A DNA stretch of 64,000 nt from positions 62,001-126,000 of the IMG/VR virus record IMGVR_UViG_3300042516_005475. The stretch is one strand, 5' to 3'. Each line of letters starts with the position of its first letter. The stretch's first letter is position 1. Shown here in pieces: positions 43,023 through 51,463 of this stretch. Below the pieces are notes generated by a model that ran no database searches, was not told the origin of the DNA, and was given only the letters and a program-made list of their open reading frames with translations. Made by a program: the position numbers and the translations under genes.

Positions 43023-45437
43023 ATGAAGAAAGATTCACCTCTAATCAAGAAGTTGCTAGAAGACGCAAAGCAAGAGGCTAAAAAGAGAAAAAATAAATAT
43101 GCTGGTACTGAGCATATTCTTTTGGCTTTGCTTAAGTGTAATAGCACTATCTTAATTAACTTGTTTAAGAATCTAAAGGTTGATTACAACAACATCGTAT
43201 TCATTATAGACAATGTTTTGTTTTATAGCAACGTAGAAAAACCACCAACCTTAGAAGAGATTCAATTTACCCCTAAAGTAGAAAAGATTTTTGCATTAGC
43301 TGAGCAGATTTGTGAGAAGCTCGAGCAAAAAGAGCTTACCCCTGTTCATGTCTTTTTAGGTTTACTCTACGACGATCAAGGTAGCGCAATTAACATTTTA
43401 AAATCAGAAGGAGTCTTTTATAAAAACGTAAAAGAGGTTGTTTGTAAACATTTAGACGGGGAGTTGTTACCTAATGAACCAAAAGTCTCAGAGGCTATTC
43501 CAGTATTAACTGATGATGATATGATGGAAGAGGAATCAAACGACATTCTTGATGTGTTTGGTACTAATTTAAATGAAACTAATTTACCTCTCAACGTTAT
43601 TGGTGGGGAGAATTATATTTCAAGAATGGTTGAGATTCTTTGTCGTAAAAATAAAAGCAATGTTATTCTTATTGGTGAGCCTGGAGTTGGAAAAACAACC
43701 CAGGTATTAAATCTCGCAAGAAAAATTAGAGATAATGATGTACCTGAGTTCTTGCAGAACAAGACAGTTTACAGTCTTGATTTAAACAAGCTTATTTCTG
43801 GTACTAGATTCAGAGGAGATTTCGAAGAACGTATTCAAGGGCTTATTCACGCACTTTTAACAAAGAAAGACCTTATTGTCTACATTGATGAGATTCAAAA
43901 CCTGACTAGTTTAGGTAAATCCTCTGGGGTTGATCTAGGGAATACATTAAAGTCTGTTCTTACAGCTGAAAATGTTAGAATAATTGGCTCAACCACCTTC
44001 AGTGATTACAAGGCTTCATTCGAACAAGACAAGGCTCTTGAGAGAAGGTTTCAAAAAGTAATATTTAAAGAGCCTAACACTAATGAGACGTTGTGTATTC
44101 TCAAAGGAGTAAAGAAAGATTACGAGAATTACTATAAATGCCACATTAATGACACAATTTTAAAGCGTATTGTTCATCTTTCTGACAGGTTTGTTACTAA
44201 TAGAAAGTTTCCAGACAAGGCTATTGACATTTTAGATGAAGTTGGCTCATTTGTCTACAATAAAAAGAATGTAATACCAAAGAATATAGTTAAGACACAG
44301 AACATTGTACTAAAGACAATGCAGAAGAAAGAGCAGTTCTTGTTTAAAAACAACTTTGAAAAGGCTTTATTGTATAAAGAACAAGAAGAACAAGAGACTG
44401 CTGTGTTGAACAAGCAGTTAGACGACTGGAAAAAGAGTATTACTTCCTTTGCACCAATAAAAGTCAATGATGTTGATGCTGTTGTAAGTAAGTTGACTAA
44501 CATTCCAATTAATAAAATCAAAGTTAATGAAGAATACTTTAAGGAACTCAGAACATATTTAGAGAATAACGTGTTTGGACAGTCTCAGGCTATCCAAAAG
44601 ATTGTTAAAATCATTAAAAAGTCTAAGTTGGATTTACAGGATCCAAATAAACCCCTTGGATCTTTCTTACTAGCCGGGACTACTGGTGTTGGCAAGACAT
44701 TACTAGTGAGAAAGCTCCATGAATTTTTAAATAACAGCACTCCAGAGTCGTTTGTAGTGTTTGATATGTCTGAATTTGCTGAGGCTCATTCAATTGCCAA
44801 GCTAATCGGCGCACCTCCAGGATATGTTGGGTATGGGAAGGGTGGTTTGCTTACTGAAAAGATAAAGAACTTTCCTAATAGCATCATTTTATTTGATGAA
44901 ATTGAAAAGGCTCACCCAGAAGTATATACTGTTTTATTGCAAGTGCTAGATAGTGGTAGGTTAACTGACTCTTCTGGCGAAGAAATAAACCTTAAGAACT
45001 GTTATTTCTTTGCTACAACCAATGTTGGTGCTTCAACTGAGAGATCCATGGGTTTCGGTGCACAGAACTTTACAGAAAACTTCGTTAGCTCTATTGAGAA
45101 GCACTTTAAACCTGAGTTTCTGAACCGCTTTGATGATATTATCGTGTTCGATAAGGTAACTGATAATAATACTATAAATCAAATTATCAATAAGGAACTA
45201 GAAATTATTATTAATAGAGTTAAACAGAAGACCGGTATACGTTCTGTCTCCTTCTCTGAATCTATTGTAAAGTATATTTCAGATAAAAGCCAGACTGAGA
45301 AGTATGGGGCACGGGAAATTAAGAGAATTGTTGAAAAGCTTATTTTTAACCCAATGATTGACTTCATTTCCTCTAAAAATAAGGTTAAAACTCTAAAGAT
45401 TTCAGAAGAAAATAAAGAAATTAATTTTTCTGCTTGA
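43023..45437 (+). CDS. clpC: ClpC-type Hsp100 AAA+ ATPase
   Basis: Clp-N GTEHILLALL; NBD1 GEPGVGKT, IDEI, ALERRFQ, FPDKAIDILDE; UVR-like coil; NBD2 GTTGVGKT, LIGAPPGYVGY, LFDEIEKAH; SMGF loop; YGAR. Start set to first in-frame ATG. Confidence 0.9.
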   Translation: MKKDSPLIKKLLEDAKQEAKKRKNKYAGTEHILLALLKCNSTILINLFKNLKVDYNNIVFIIDNVLFYSNVEKPPTLEEIQFTPKVEKIFALAEQICEKLEQKELTPVHVFLGLLYDDQGSAINILKSEGVFYKNVKEVVCKHLDGELLPNEPKVSEAIPVLTDDDMMEEESNDILDVFGTNLNETNLPLNVIGGENYISRMVEILCRKNKSNVILIGEPGVGKTTQVLNLARKIRDNDVPEFLQNKTVYSLDLNKLISGTRFRGDFEERIQGLIHALLTKKDLIVYIDEIQNLTSLGKSSGVDLGNTLKSVLTAENVRIIGSTTFSDYKASFEQDKALERRFQKVIFKEPNTNETLCILKGVKKDYENYYKCHINDTILKRIVHLSDRFVTNRKFPDKAIDILDEVGSFVYNKKNVIPKNIVKTQNIVLKTMQKKEQFLFKNNFEKALLYKEQEEQETAVLNKQLDDWKKSITSFAPIKVNDVDAVVSKLTNIPINKIKVNEEYFKELRTYLENNVFGQSQAIQKIVKIIKKSKLDLQDPNKPLGSFLLAGTTGVGKTLLVRKLHEFLNNSTPESFVVFDMSEFAEAHSIAKLIGAPPGYVGYGKGGLLTEKIKNFPNSIILFDEIEKAHPEVYTVLLQVLDSGRLTDSSGEEINLKNCYFFATTNVGASTERSMGFGAQNFTENFVSSIEKHFKPEFLNRFDDIIVFDKVTDNNTINQIINKELEIIINRVKQKTGIRSVSFSESIVKYISDKSQTEKYGAREIKRIVEKLIFNPMIDFISSKNKVKTLKISEENKEINFSA

Positions 45438-45461
45438 TTCATAAACTAGACCATCTATAAT
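45434..45461 (+). promoter_or_regulatory. Sigma70-like promoter TTGATT-N16-TATAAT
   Basis: -35 at 45434-45439, -10 at 45456-45461, ATG 7 nt downstream at 45469. Confidence 0.6.
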
Positions 45462-45468
45462 GTTGGTC

Positions 45469-45660
45469 ATGAAGAGTTACAAAGTCGTTATTCGCAACTT
45501 CCACAATCACGATTGCCGCGACATCGAGATCTCTGGAAAGAACGTTCAGCTTGCTCATAAGCTCGCCTTGAAGCAGGTGAAGTTTGAGGAAGATATTCTG
45601 GAAATGTATAATGCTGACGGCAACCTTGCCTACCATCTGCAAAAAGGTTGGAGGGAGTAA
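45469..45660 (+). CDS. Small hypothetical protein
   Basis: MKSYKVVIRNF... (63 aa) directly after a sigma70-like promoter. Confidence 0.65.
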   Translation: MKSYKVVIRNFHNHDCRDIEISGKNVQLAHKLALKQVKFEEDILEMYNADGNLAYHLQKGWRE

Positions 45661-45705
45661 ACTTTCCTGTTGCCTTTTTCTGATATCGAGACTATAAATA
45701 ATGGT

Positions 45706-46650
45706 ATGACAAGCAATCTTATCTCTCTCGACACGAAGCTTGGAACCGAAATCACTGGTGTTACCGACTTCGACGAGTTGATTACACGAGCTAATCTTGA
45801 CTTTAAGCTCGAGAAGGAGCCGCTGTTTGACCGCAATGGCAAACAGATCAAGGATAAGTTCATTATTCGCAACACCAACAACGATTCTGTGCTTGGTATT
45901 GTTGGTAAGCGTTATAACATTGTTGATGTTCCTACTATGGTTGAACCTTTCCACAAGAACATTGTTAAAAAGTTCGATCTTGAGTATGAGAACGCTGGTA
46001 TCATTGAAAACGGGCGAAAGTGCTGGGTAGCAGCTCGATTTAAGAATCCGATGAGTCTCAAGTACCGTCCCATGGATACAATTAACAATCGTATCTTCTG
46101 TTTGATTACTAACGATGGTACTTTTCGAAACTCTTATTTGAGTATGGCTCATCGAATCTTCTGTAACAATCAGTTGAAGCTCATGGTTAAGGCTGCTTCT
46201 GAGTCTGGTCTTGGTGTTATGCACACCAAGAATCACCAACGCAAGATTGATACTAATATGATTCTTATCAATAGCTTCTTGGATGCAGGCAAGGGTTTTG
46301 TTGAACAGGCTGATGCTCTTAACGATAAGATTATGAATGCTCAGGAGGCTAAAAACTTTCTTGATAAGCTTATGCCTAAGAACGCTAAGAAGGCTAATTC
46401 AAAGCAGTCTATGCGTCTTATTCACCGCAAGGCTCATATCATTGAGCTGTTTAATAACGGTGCTGGTAACATTGGGCGTACTCGTTGGGATATGTTCAAT
46501 GCAGTTACGGAGTATTTTGACCATCATAATAATCCGAATAAGATTCTTAAGCACGGTAAAATTGCTCTTGAAAAACGTTTTGTAGCTAATACAATCTTTG
46601 GGCAGGGTGTACAAATTAAGCAAAAAGCTCTGGATTTGTTGCTTAATTGA
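45706..46650 (+). CDS. DUF932 / TIGR03299-family phage protein
   Basis: LGIVGKRY, AGIIENGRKCW, HRIFCNNQL, TRWDMFNAVTEYFDH, KQKALDLL. Start refined to ATG 45706, 5 nt after TATAAATA (45693-45700). Confidence 0.85.
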   Translation: MTSNLISLDTKLGTEITGVTDFDELITRANLDFKLEKEPLFDRNGKQIKDKFIIRNTNNDSVLGIVGKRYNIVDVPTMVEPFHKNIVKKFDLEYENAGIIENGRKCWVAARFKNPMSLKYRPMDTINNRIFCLITNDGTFRNSYLSMAHRIFCNNQLKLMVKAASESGLGVMHTKNHQRKIDTNMILINSFLDAGKGFVEQADALNDKIMNAQEAKNFLDKLMPKNAKKANSKQSMRLIHRKAHIIELFNNGAGNIGRTRWDMFNAVTEYFDHHNNPNKILKHGKIALEKRFVANTIFGQGVQIKQKALDLLLN

Positions 46651-46664
46651 TTAAATAATAACAC

Positions 46665-46739
46665 GGGAGGTTAGCTCAGCGGCAGAGCAGATCCTTTACA
46701 CGGATAAGGCCAGAGGTTCAAATCCTCTACTTCCCACCA
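46665..46739 (+). tRNA. tRNA-Val(TAC)
   Basis: Acceptor GGGAGGT/ACTTCCC, anticodon loop TT-TAC-AC, T-arm AGAGG-TTCAAAT-CCTCT, encoded CCA. Confidence 0.93.
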
Positions 46740-46744
46740 TTTAT

Positions 46745-46818
46745 CGGTCACAAGTGTTACGGTAGCATACATGCTTTGGGAGCATGCGGAGACAGTTCAA
46801 TTCTGTCGTGGCCGACCA
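46745..46818 (+). tRNA. tRNA-Pro(TGG), atypical core (A8/U14)
   Basis: Acceptor CGGTCAC/GTGGCCG, anticodon stem CATGC/GCATG with TT-TGG-GA loop, T-arm GACAG-TTCAATT-CTGTC, G72/A73, CCA. Confidence 0.9.
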
Positions 46819-46869
46819 TTTTAATTCGAGAGGTTGTCTCAAACCCATACAATTTGAATAAATAATTGT

Positions 46870-47343
46870 ATGGGTAAAGTTTTTATAAAGTGTTCTTCTT
46901 GTTTAATTCAGATTGAAAAATGGGATTATGAATTAAAAAACATCAAACAAAAAGAGAATTACACCTGTAAAGTTTGTAAAGTTAACAAAAGCAAGCAAAT
47001 TAGTACTTGCCCGATTTGTAAAAACAATTTTATTACATCAGTAAAGAGACCTAGCACAACTTGTTCATATGCTTGCTCAAATAAGTTGTTTAGAACCGGA
47101 CCTAATAACGGTAACTGGAAAGAAGACAGCTATAGAACTACTTGTTTTCATTATCATAAAAAAGAATGTATTGTTTGCAAAGAAAATTTAATTGTTGAAG
47201 TTCATCATTACGATGGAAATCACGATAATAATAATCCAAACAATTTAATTCCGCTGTGTCCAACTCACCATCAGTACATGCACAGCAGTTATAGAGATAA
47301 AATAAATACCATTGTAGAAGAATATAAGAAGAATTTTAAATAG
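46870..47343 (+). CDS. HNH endonuclease with N-terminal CxxC zinc-ribbon repeats (putative homing endonuclease)
   Basis: EVHHYDGNHDNNNPNNLIPLCPTHH; several CxxC pairs; immediately downstream of the tRNA pair. Confidence 0.85.
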   Translation: MGKVFIKCSSCLIQIEKWDYELKNIKQKENYTCKVCKVNKSKQISTCPICKNNFITSVKRPSTTCSYACSNKLFRTGPNNGNWKEDSYRTTCFHYHKKECIVCKENLIVEVHHYDGNHDNNNPNNLIPLCPTHHQYMHSSYRDKINTIVEEYKKNFK

Positions 47344-48382
47344 CCATGATCTTCATGGCTGTGCTATAACCAGAGCCAGTTGACCAGTCGTAATTAAATC
47401 TCCAATCTTTTTTCTTTTCTAAGAGTTGGCTTACTGGAATGTTAGAATTGACAAGATCAATCTTAATATCAGTACTTTCACAATCAAAGGCTAATAGGTA
47501 ATCGAAGTTCTTATTGAGCTGGTAGCACTTTAATTGTATAAAGCCAACTAGCCTCAATAAATCGTCAGCCTGAGATAAGGTTCTCTTGTCGATGTATTTG
47601 GTTCTGATGCTTCTTACAATAGAAGACTTTCTGCTTTCAATATAAGAATCAAGAGTGCCACTAATTAGCTCCTCTTTACCTGGATCATCAATATCATATC
47701 CAGCTAATACAGAGACCAAGTCTTTAATATCTTCTAAGTCACCTTCTGCAGCCTTGCGACCTAGATCTTCTTTGCTAGCTCCTTCTGTTCTCTCTGTCTC
47801 TAATCTAGCACCTGGAGTAGACTTAATTTCAAAAGTCTTCCCATCTAGTTCCATATCACCTACAGAGGCGCTAGTACCACCTGCGAAAATCTCAAAGAAA
47901 ATTTCACCTGGACCAACAGCCTTACCTTTTTTAGCCTCTGTCTTTTGTTTTACTAGGCGAGTAAGTTCTGGAATATGAGAAGAAACGTTGCCTTTGTAAC
48001 AGGTAGTAAGAATCTCAACAAGAGAACCACTATCGCTGCTTTCTCCGTAGAGTTTTAAAATCTTGGCAAACTCATCTTGATTTTCTTTCTTGAAAGTCAT
48101 ACCAGTCTCCTTGATAAAGACTGCAAATGAGTTGGCGATATCAGAGCCTGGAGCAACTCCAGCCTTTATAAGAGACTCTTTAAACAAGACTGTGTCAACT
48201 TCTTCTCCAGAAACATCGTTTGCCTTAAGAGCTCTTCTGAGAACATTGTTGTAGTAGACTTTATCCAAGGTGGCAATGTGCTCAACTGAGTCTTGATCAG
48301 GGTCCTGCTTAAAGATTTTCACCTCATCCTGTTCTCTGAGGACTTTTCGGGCATAGATATCTTTGAGCTTTGATACGATCAT
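47336..48382 (-). CDS. Hypothetical protein with PD-(D/E)xK-like motif
   Basis: VGPGEI...VGDMELDGKTFEIKS. Start refined to ATG 48382, 5 nt after minus-strand TAAATA (48388-48393). Confidence 0.55.
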   Translation of the reverse strand: MIVSKLKDIYARKVLREQDEVKIFKQDPDQDSVEHIATLDKVYYNNVLRRALKANDVSGEEVDTVLFKESLIKAGVAPGSDIANSFAVFIKETGMTFKKENQDEFAKILKLYGESSDSGSLVEILTTCYKGNVSSHIPELTRLVKQKTEAKKGKAVGPGEIFFEIFAGGTSASVGDMELDGKTFEIKSTPGARLETERTEGASKEDLGRKAAEGDLEDIKDLVSVLAGYDIDDPGKEELISGTLDSYIESRKSSIVRSIRTKYIDKRTLSQADDLLRLVGFIQLKCYQLNKNFDYLLAFDCESTDIKIDLVNSNIPVSQLLEKKKDWRFNYDWSTGSGYSTAMKIMAI

Positions 48383-48416
48383 AGAAATATTTATGCGCTG
48401 ACCTAAATAAAAACAG

Positions 48417-48444
48417 TTGCTTTTTTTTGGCAACGCTTTATAAT
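48417..48444 (+). promoter_or_regulatory. Sigma70-like promoter TTGCTT-N16-TATAAT for the beta-barrel gene
   Basis: -35 at 48417-48422, -10 at 48439-48444, ATG at 48455. A GTTGC...GCAAC inverted repeat overlaps the -35. Confidence 0.6.
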
Positions 48445-48454
48445 ATTACTCGAT

Positions 48455-49162
48455 ATGAAAAACATGTTTAAGTCCCTCGTGGCGATCGCATCTTTGGTTG
48501 TCGCCCTTTCTATCACTGCCGCTGATAACGCCTCTGTTGGGGTTACGGCAGGATACAATAATAACTACGTCGTTAATGGTGTTGTTCGTAACAATGCCTC
48601 AGCATTGATTGCTGTTGATGCCAGCAAGACTCTTAAGTATGCTGATGTCTACCTCAAGGGCACGTTGCTCCCCAACAACGACTTGGATCAGTCTCATTGG
48701 ACGCTTGGAACTGGAAAGGCATTTGATCTTTTCAGTGATTTCTCTTTGCGTGCTGATGCTGATATTACTCGTCACCAAAGCGGTGTGACTGGTATTCCTA
48801 ATTCCACTGAGTTTGGAGCTAAGCTTGCTCTTAAGAACCCATATGTCACTCCTTATGTTCGCGGTTCTTATGATTACAACCTCGATCAGACTGGTGTTAG
48901 TGCAGGTCTTTATCGCGTTCAGGCTCTCCCGTTCGGCTTCTCTGTGACTCCTCTTGCTGAGTATGGTAAGTTCACCGATTATGAGGCCTTCGTTGGTAAG
49001 GTTACTGTTGCTCGTCCGTTTGAGCTCTCCTTTGGAACCCTTACTCCGTTTGCTGATGTTAGTTATGTTGATAACAACTTTAGCACTAGCAAGTTTAACT
49101 TCGCTACTAAGGAGCTTAATGGTTCAGTTGTTGTTTCCGCTGGCTTGAACTTCCGCTTCTAA
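48455..49162 (+). CDS. Outer-membrane beta-barrel protein (putative porin, TorF/TIGR02001-like)
   Basis: Sec signal peptide (MKNMFKSLVAIASLVVALSITA), alternating amphipathic strands, C-terminal LNFRF ending in Phe; has its own promoter and terminator. Confidence 0.75.
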   Translation: MKNMFKSLVAIASLVVALSITAADNASVGVTAGYNNNYVVNGVVRNNASALIAVDASKTLKYADVYLKGTLLPNNDLDQSHWTLGTGKAFDLFSDFSLRADADITRHQSGVTGIPNSTEFGAKLALKNPYVTPYVRGSYDYNLDQTGVSAGLYRVQALPFGFSVTPLAEYGKFTDYEAFVGKVTVARPFELSFGTLTPFADVSYVDNNFSTSKFNFATKELNGSVVVSAGLNFRF

Positions 49163-49180
49163 TCAGAATCAGTCAGTTAG

Positions 49181-49212
49181 CCCGCTGAGATTAATTTCTC
49201 AGCGGGTTTTTT
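49181..49212 (+). terminator. Rho-independent terminator
   Basis: Perfect 10-bp stem CCCGCTGAGA/TCTCAGCGGG with TTAATT loop, followed by TTTTTT. Confidence 0.9.
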
Positions 49213-49251
49213 GTTGCTTTTATCTAGGAGATAGTAAATAATATAGTCAAT

Positions 49252-49327
49252 GCGGTATTCGTATAGTGGCTTATTATGCGAGCTTGCCAAGCTTGAGACG
49301 AGGGTTCGATTCCCTCATACCGCACCA
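49252..49327 (+). tRNA. tRNA-Gly(GCC)
   Basis: Acceptor GCGGTAT/ATACCGC, anticodon loop TT-GCC-AA, T-arm GAGGG-TTCGATT-CCCTC, CCA. Confidence 0.93.
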
Positions 49328-49367
49328 TTTCTCTCTAAAAAATAATCGTAGCCTAATAAATATTGAC

Positions 49368-49784
49368 ATGGCTAGACCTACCAAAACGAGAGATTCTTTT
49401 AAATGCTTAAACTGTGGAGCTGAAAAAGAAATGATGCATCACTTAGTTTCAAAAAACAAGTTTTGCAACCCTGCTTGCAGAGGAGAATAAAAACAATTCT
49501 TAAACAAGCAAAAGTGGTTAAATGGGGATTCTCAAGTAATTGAAAGAACAACAATTCGTAGATATATTACAGAAGAGAGAGGCTATAAGTGTGAGTGTTG
49601 CAATATATCTAATTGGAATAACAAGCCGTTAACACTACAAGTAGACCATATAGACGGAAACCCTAGTAACCATAAACCCAATAATGTTAGATTAATATGC
49701 CCAAATTGTCATAGCCAGCAAGAAAACTGGGGAGCAAGAAATAAAGGATCTGGTAGAAAAAGCAGGGGCATGTCTTTAGCATAA
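49368..49784 (+). pseudogene. HNH endonuclease interrupted by an in-frame TAA
   Basis: TAAATA-N5-ATG start at 49368. Reading through TAA (49488-49490) in the same frame gives YKCECC...LQVDHIDGNPSNHKPNNVRLICPNCHSQ and a stop at 49782-49784. Confidence 0.85.
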
Positions 49785-49800
49785 CAAATAAATAATAGAA

Positions 49801-50544
49801 ATGAACTTTTTAAATCATTATCTTATTCAAGAGAGTAAAGAAAGAGAACAGCTTGATAAAACAATAGACTACTTGTCTAAGAAAGAAAAAGTTCTTCTTC
49901 TCACCACTTCTAATCGTTGGACAGGTCATACTGACGATATTCCTAAGTCTACTCAATTAGCTATCTATGTTCAGGAACAATTAGGAAAGCAAAAGGCTAC
50001 ATTAATTGAAGTACCTAAGCTAAAGATCTATCCATGTGAAGGAAATGTTAGTAGCAGCCCTGATAAAGGTGGTAATCACTGTGGTACTAAGGATGCCTTG
50101 TTAAAAGACAAAGAAAAGAACCCTAGTGGTTTTCATAGATGCTGGGCTAGTATCAATAACAAGGATGACGAACTTTGGAAGATTAGTAAACCGTTGTTCG
50201 AGAGTGATGCAGTTCAGATATTTGGTTCAGTTAGATGGGGACAAACAAATGGTTACTATCAAAAGCTAATTGAGCGTTTAACCTGGATCGAAAACAGACA
50301 TTCAACGCTGGGTGAGAAGAACATTGTATCTAATATTGATGCTGGTTTAATATTGATTGGTCAGAACTGGAATGGAAAAGATGTATTAGATACTCAAAAG
50401 CAGGTATTAGAGTTTTTTGGATTTAAAACACCTAAAGAGATGTTCTGGAACTGGCAATACACACAAAATGCTACTTTAGAAACAAAAGAGTCGTATAAGA
50501 AGGCTTATACGACATTCGAGAAGCAATTTGTTATTGAAGATTAA
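49801..50544 (+). CDS. Flavodoxin-like / NADPH-dependent FMN reductase family protein
   Basis: LLLTTSNR...KSTQLA, IYPCEG...C...RCWAS, ESDAVQIFGSVRWG...KLIERL. Confidence 0.75.
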   Translation: MNFLNHYLIQESKEREQLDKTIDYLSKKEKVLLLTTSNRWTGHTDDIPKSTQLAIYVQEQLGKQKATLIEVPKLKIYPCEGNVSSSPDKGGNHCGTKDALLKDKEKNPSGFHRCWASINNKDDELWKISKPLFESDAVQIFGSVRWGQTNGYYQKLIERLTWIENRHSTLGEKNIVSNIDAGLILIGQNWNGKDVLDTQKQVLEFFGFKTPKEMFWNWQYTQNATLETKESYKKAYTTFEKQFVIED

Positions 50545-50907
50545 TTACTCTAAGGTCAATAGATACTTGAGCTTATTGAGTTCAGCAAGCATCTCGTCTC
50601 TGATGTTCATAAGATCTGTATCAGCATTCTTATCAGGAATCTCTAAAGCTACAATATACTCTACAGCATTATTTACAAAACCATCTACAGGCAATTGATC
50701 TGTATTAAACAAGTCAACTGTAGAAGAACCACCTTTGGCTTCTATTCTACCGTATTTACCCATGTATACTTCAATGAATTGATCAATCAAACCATTGAGA
50801 GCATCATAGGCTCCACCAAGAGCCTGATGTTGAGCATAGCTAGTAGTCTGCCAATGATAGACTTTGAGCTGATTGAGAATAGTAAGTAGATTCTTAATAT
50901 ATTTCAT
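50545..50907 (-). CDS. Ferritin/Dps-like protein (DUF5856-like)
   Basis: QLKVYHWQTTSYAQHQAL...DQFIEVYMGKYG...DLMNIRDEML..LNKLKYLLTL. Start refined to ATG 50907 (TAAATA-N5-ATG). Confidence 0.8.
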   Translation of the reverse strand: MKYIKNLLTILNQLKVYHWQTTSYAQHQALGGAYDALNGLIDQFIEVYMGKYGRIEAKGGSSTVDLFNTDQLPVDGFVNNAVEYIVALEIPDKNADTDLMNIRDEMLAELNKLKYLLTLE

Positions 50908-50911
50908 ATAG

Positions 50912-51370
50912 TTATTTATTAAACAATAGTCTAAAAGTTCGTTGAAAGTGCTTAGTTGAATAGTGTCTAGCATCTACTTCCCAAACATTCCAATAGTACT
51001 TATCTGTTTTATTATCTACATCGTGAGCTGTATAATCAAGTTCCTTTTCTTTTACTTTTAGCAGTTTATCTTGTATCCAGTGCCTGAATTCGTGTAATAA
51101 ATCTCTTAAAAATATACGTCTTCTTGACTTCTTATCATATTTCTTCCTAAATGGAGCAACCCCAATATCTAAAGTATTACTCCCGAAGTAATAACCACTA
51201 TCTAAGAATCGAGAATCAGCCTTAATGTTTATGTGTCTTTTAATTTTTTTACCTGGAAACTCTTTTTCTAATAATTTTTCAAAGGCTAATTGTAATTTCT
51301 TTCTTTCTATGCCAAATCTCAAGAACCAATCGGCTGTTTTCTTTCCGTACCGTACTTGGATTTTAACCAT
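50912..51370 (-). CDS. Putative zinc metallopeptidase (HEXXH)
   Basis: LLHEFRHWIQ with downstream WEVDAR third-ligand pattern. Confidence 0.6.
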   Translation of the reverse strand: MVKIQVRYGKKTADWFLRFGIERKKLQLAFEKLLEKEFPGKKIKRHINIKADSRFLDSGYYFGSNTLDIGVAPFRKKYDKKSRRRIFLRDLLHEFRHWIQDKLLKVKEKELDYTAHDVDNKTDKYYWNVWEVDARHYSTKHFQRTFRLLFNK

Positions 51371-51463
51371 ATGAATATTAATTCAGATTATTTATTTTTA
51401 CAAGTTGCACTTTGCAGAATAGAAAAATAAGTAAATTTGTACGATGAATCGTGCAAAACACAT

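Noticed and set aside
45439-46239. 266-aa minus-strand ORF (likewise 52286-52918 and 53324-53749)
   Set aside because: Antisense to well-supported DUF932 and nrdJ genes, with no motifs.
49266-49367. N-terminal part of the 74-aa ORF 49266-49490
   Set aside because: Overlaps tRNA-Gly; the credible start is ATG 49368.
49488-49490. In-frame TAA as evidence of stop-codon reassignment
   Set aside because: TAA is the main terminator throughout, all conserved genes are intact in the standard code, and no suppressor tRNA is seen.
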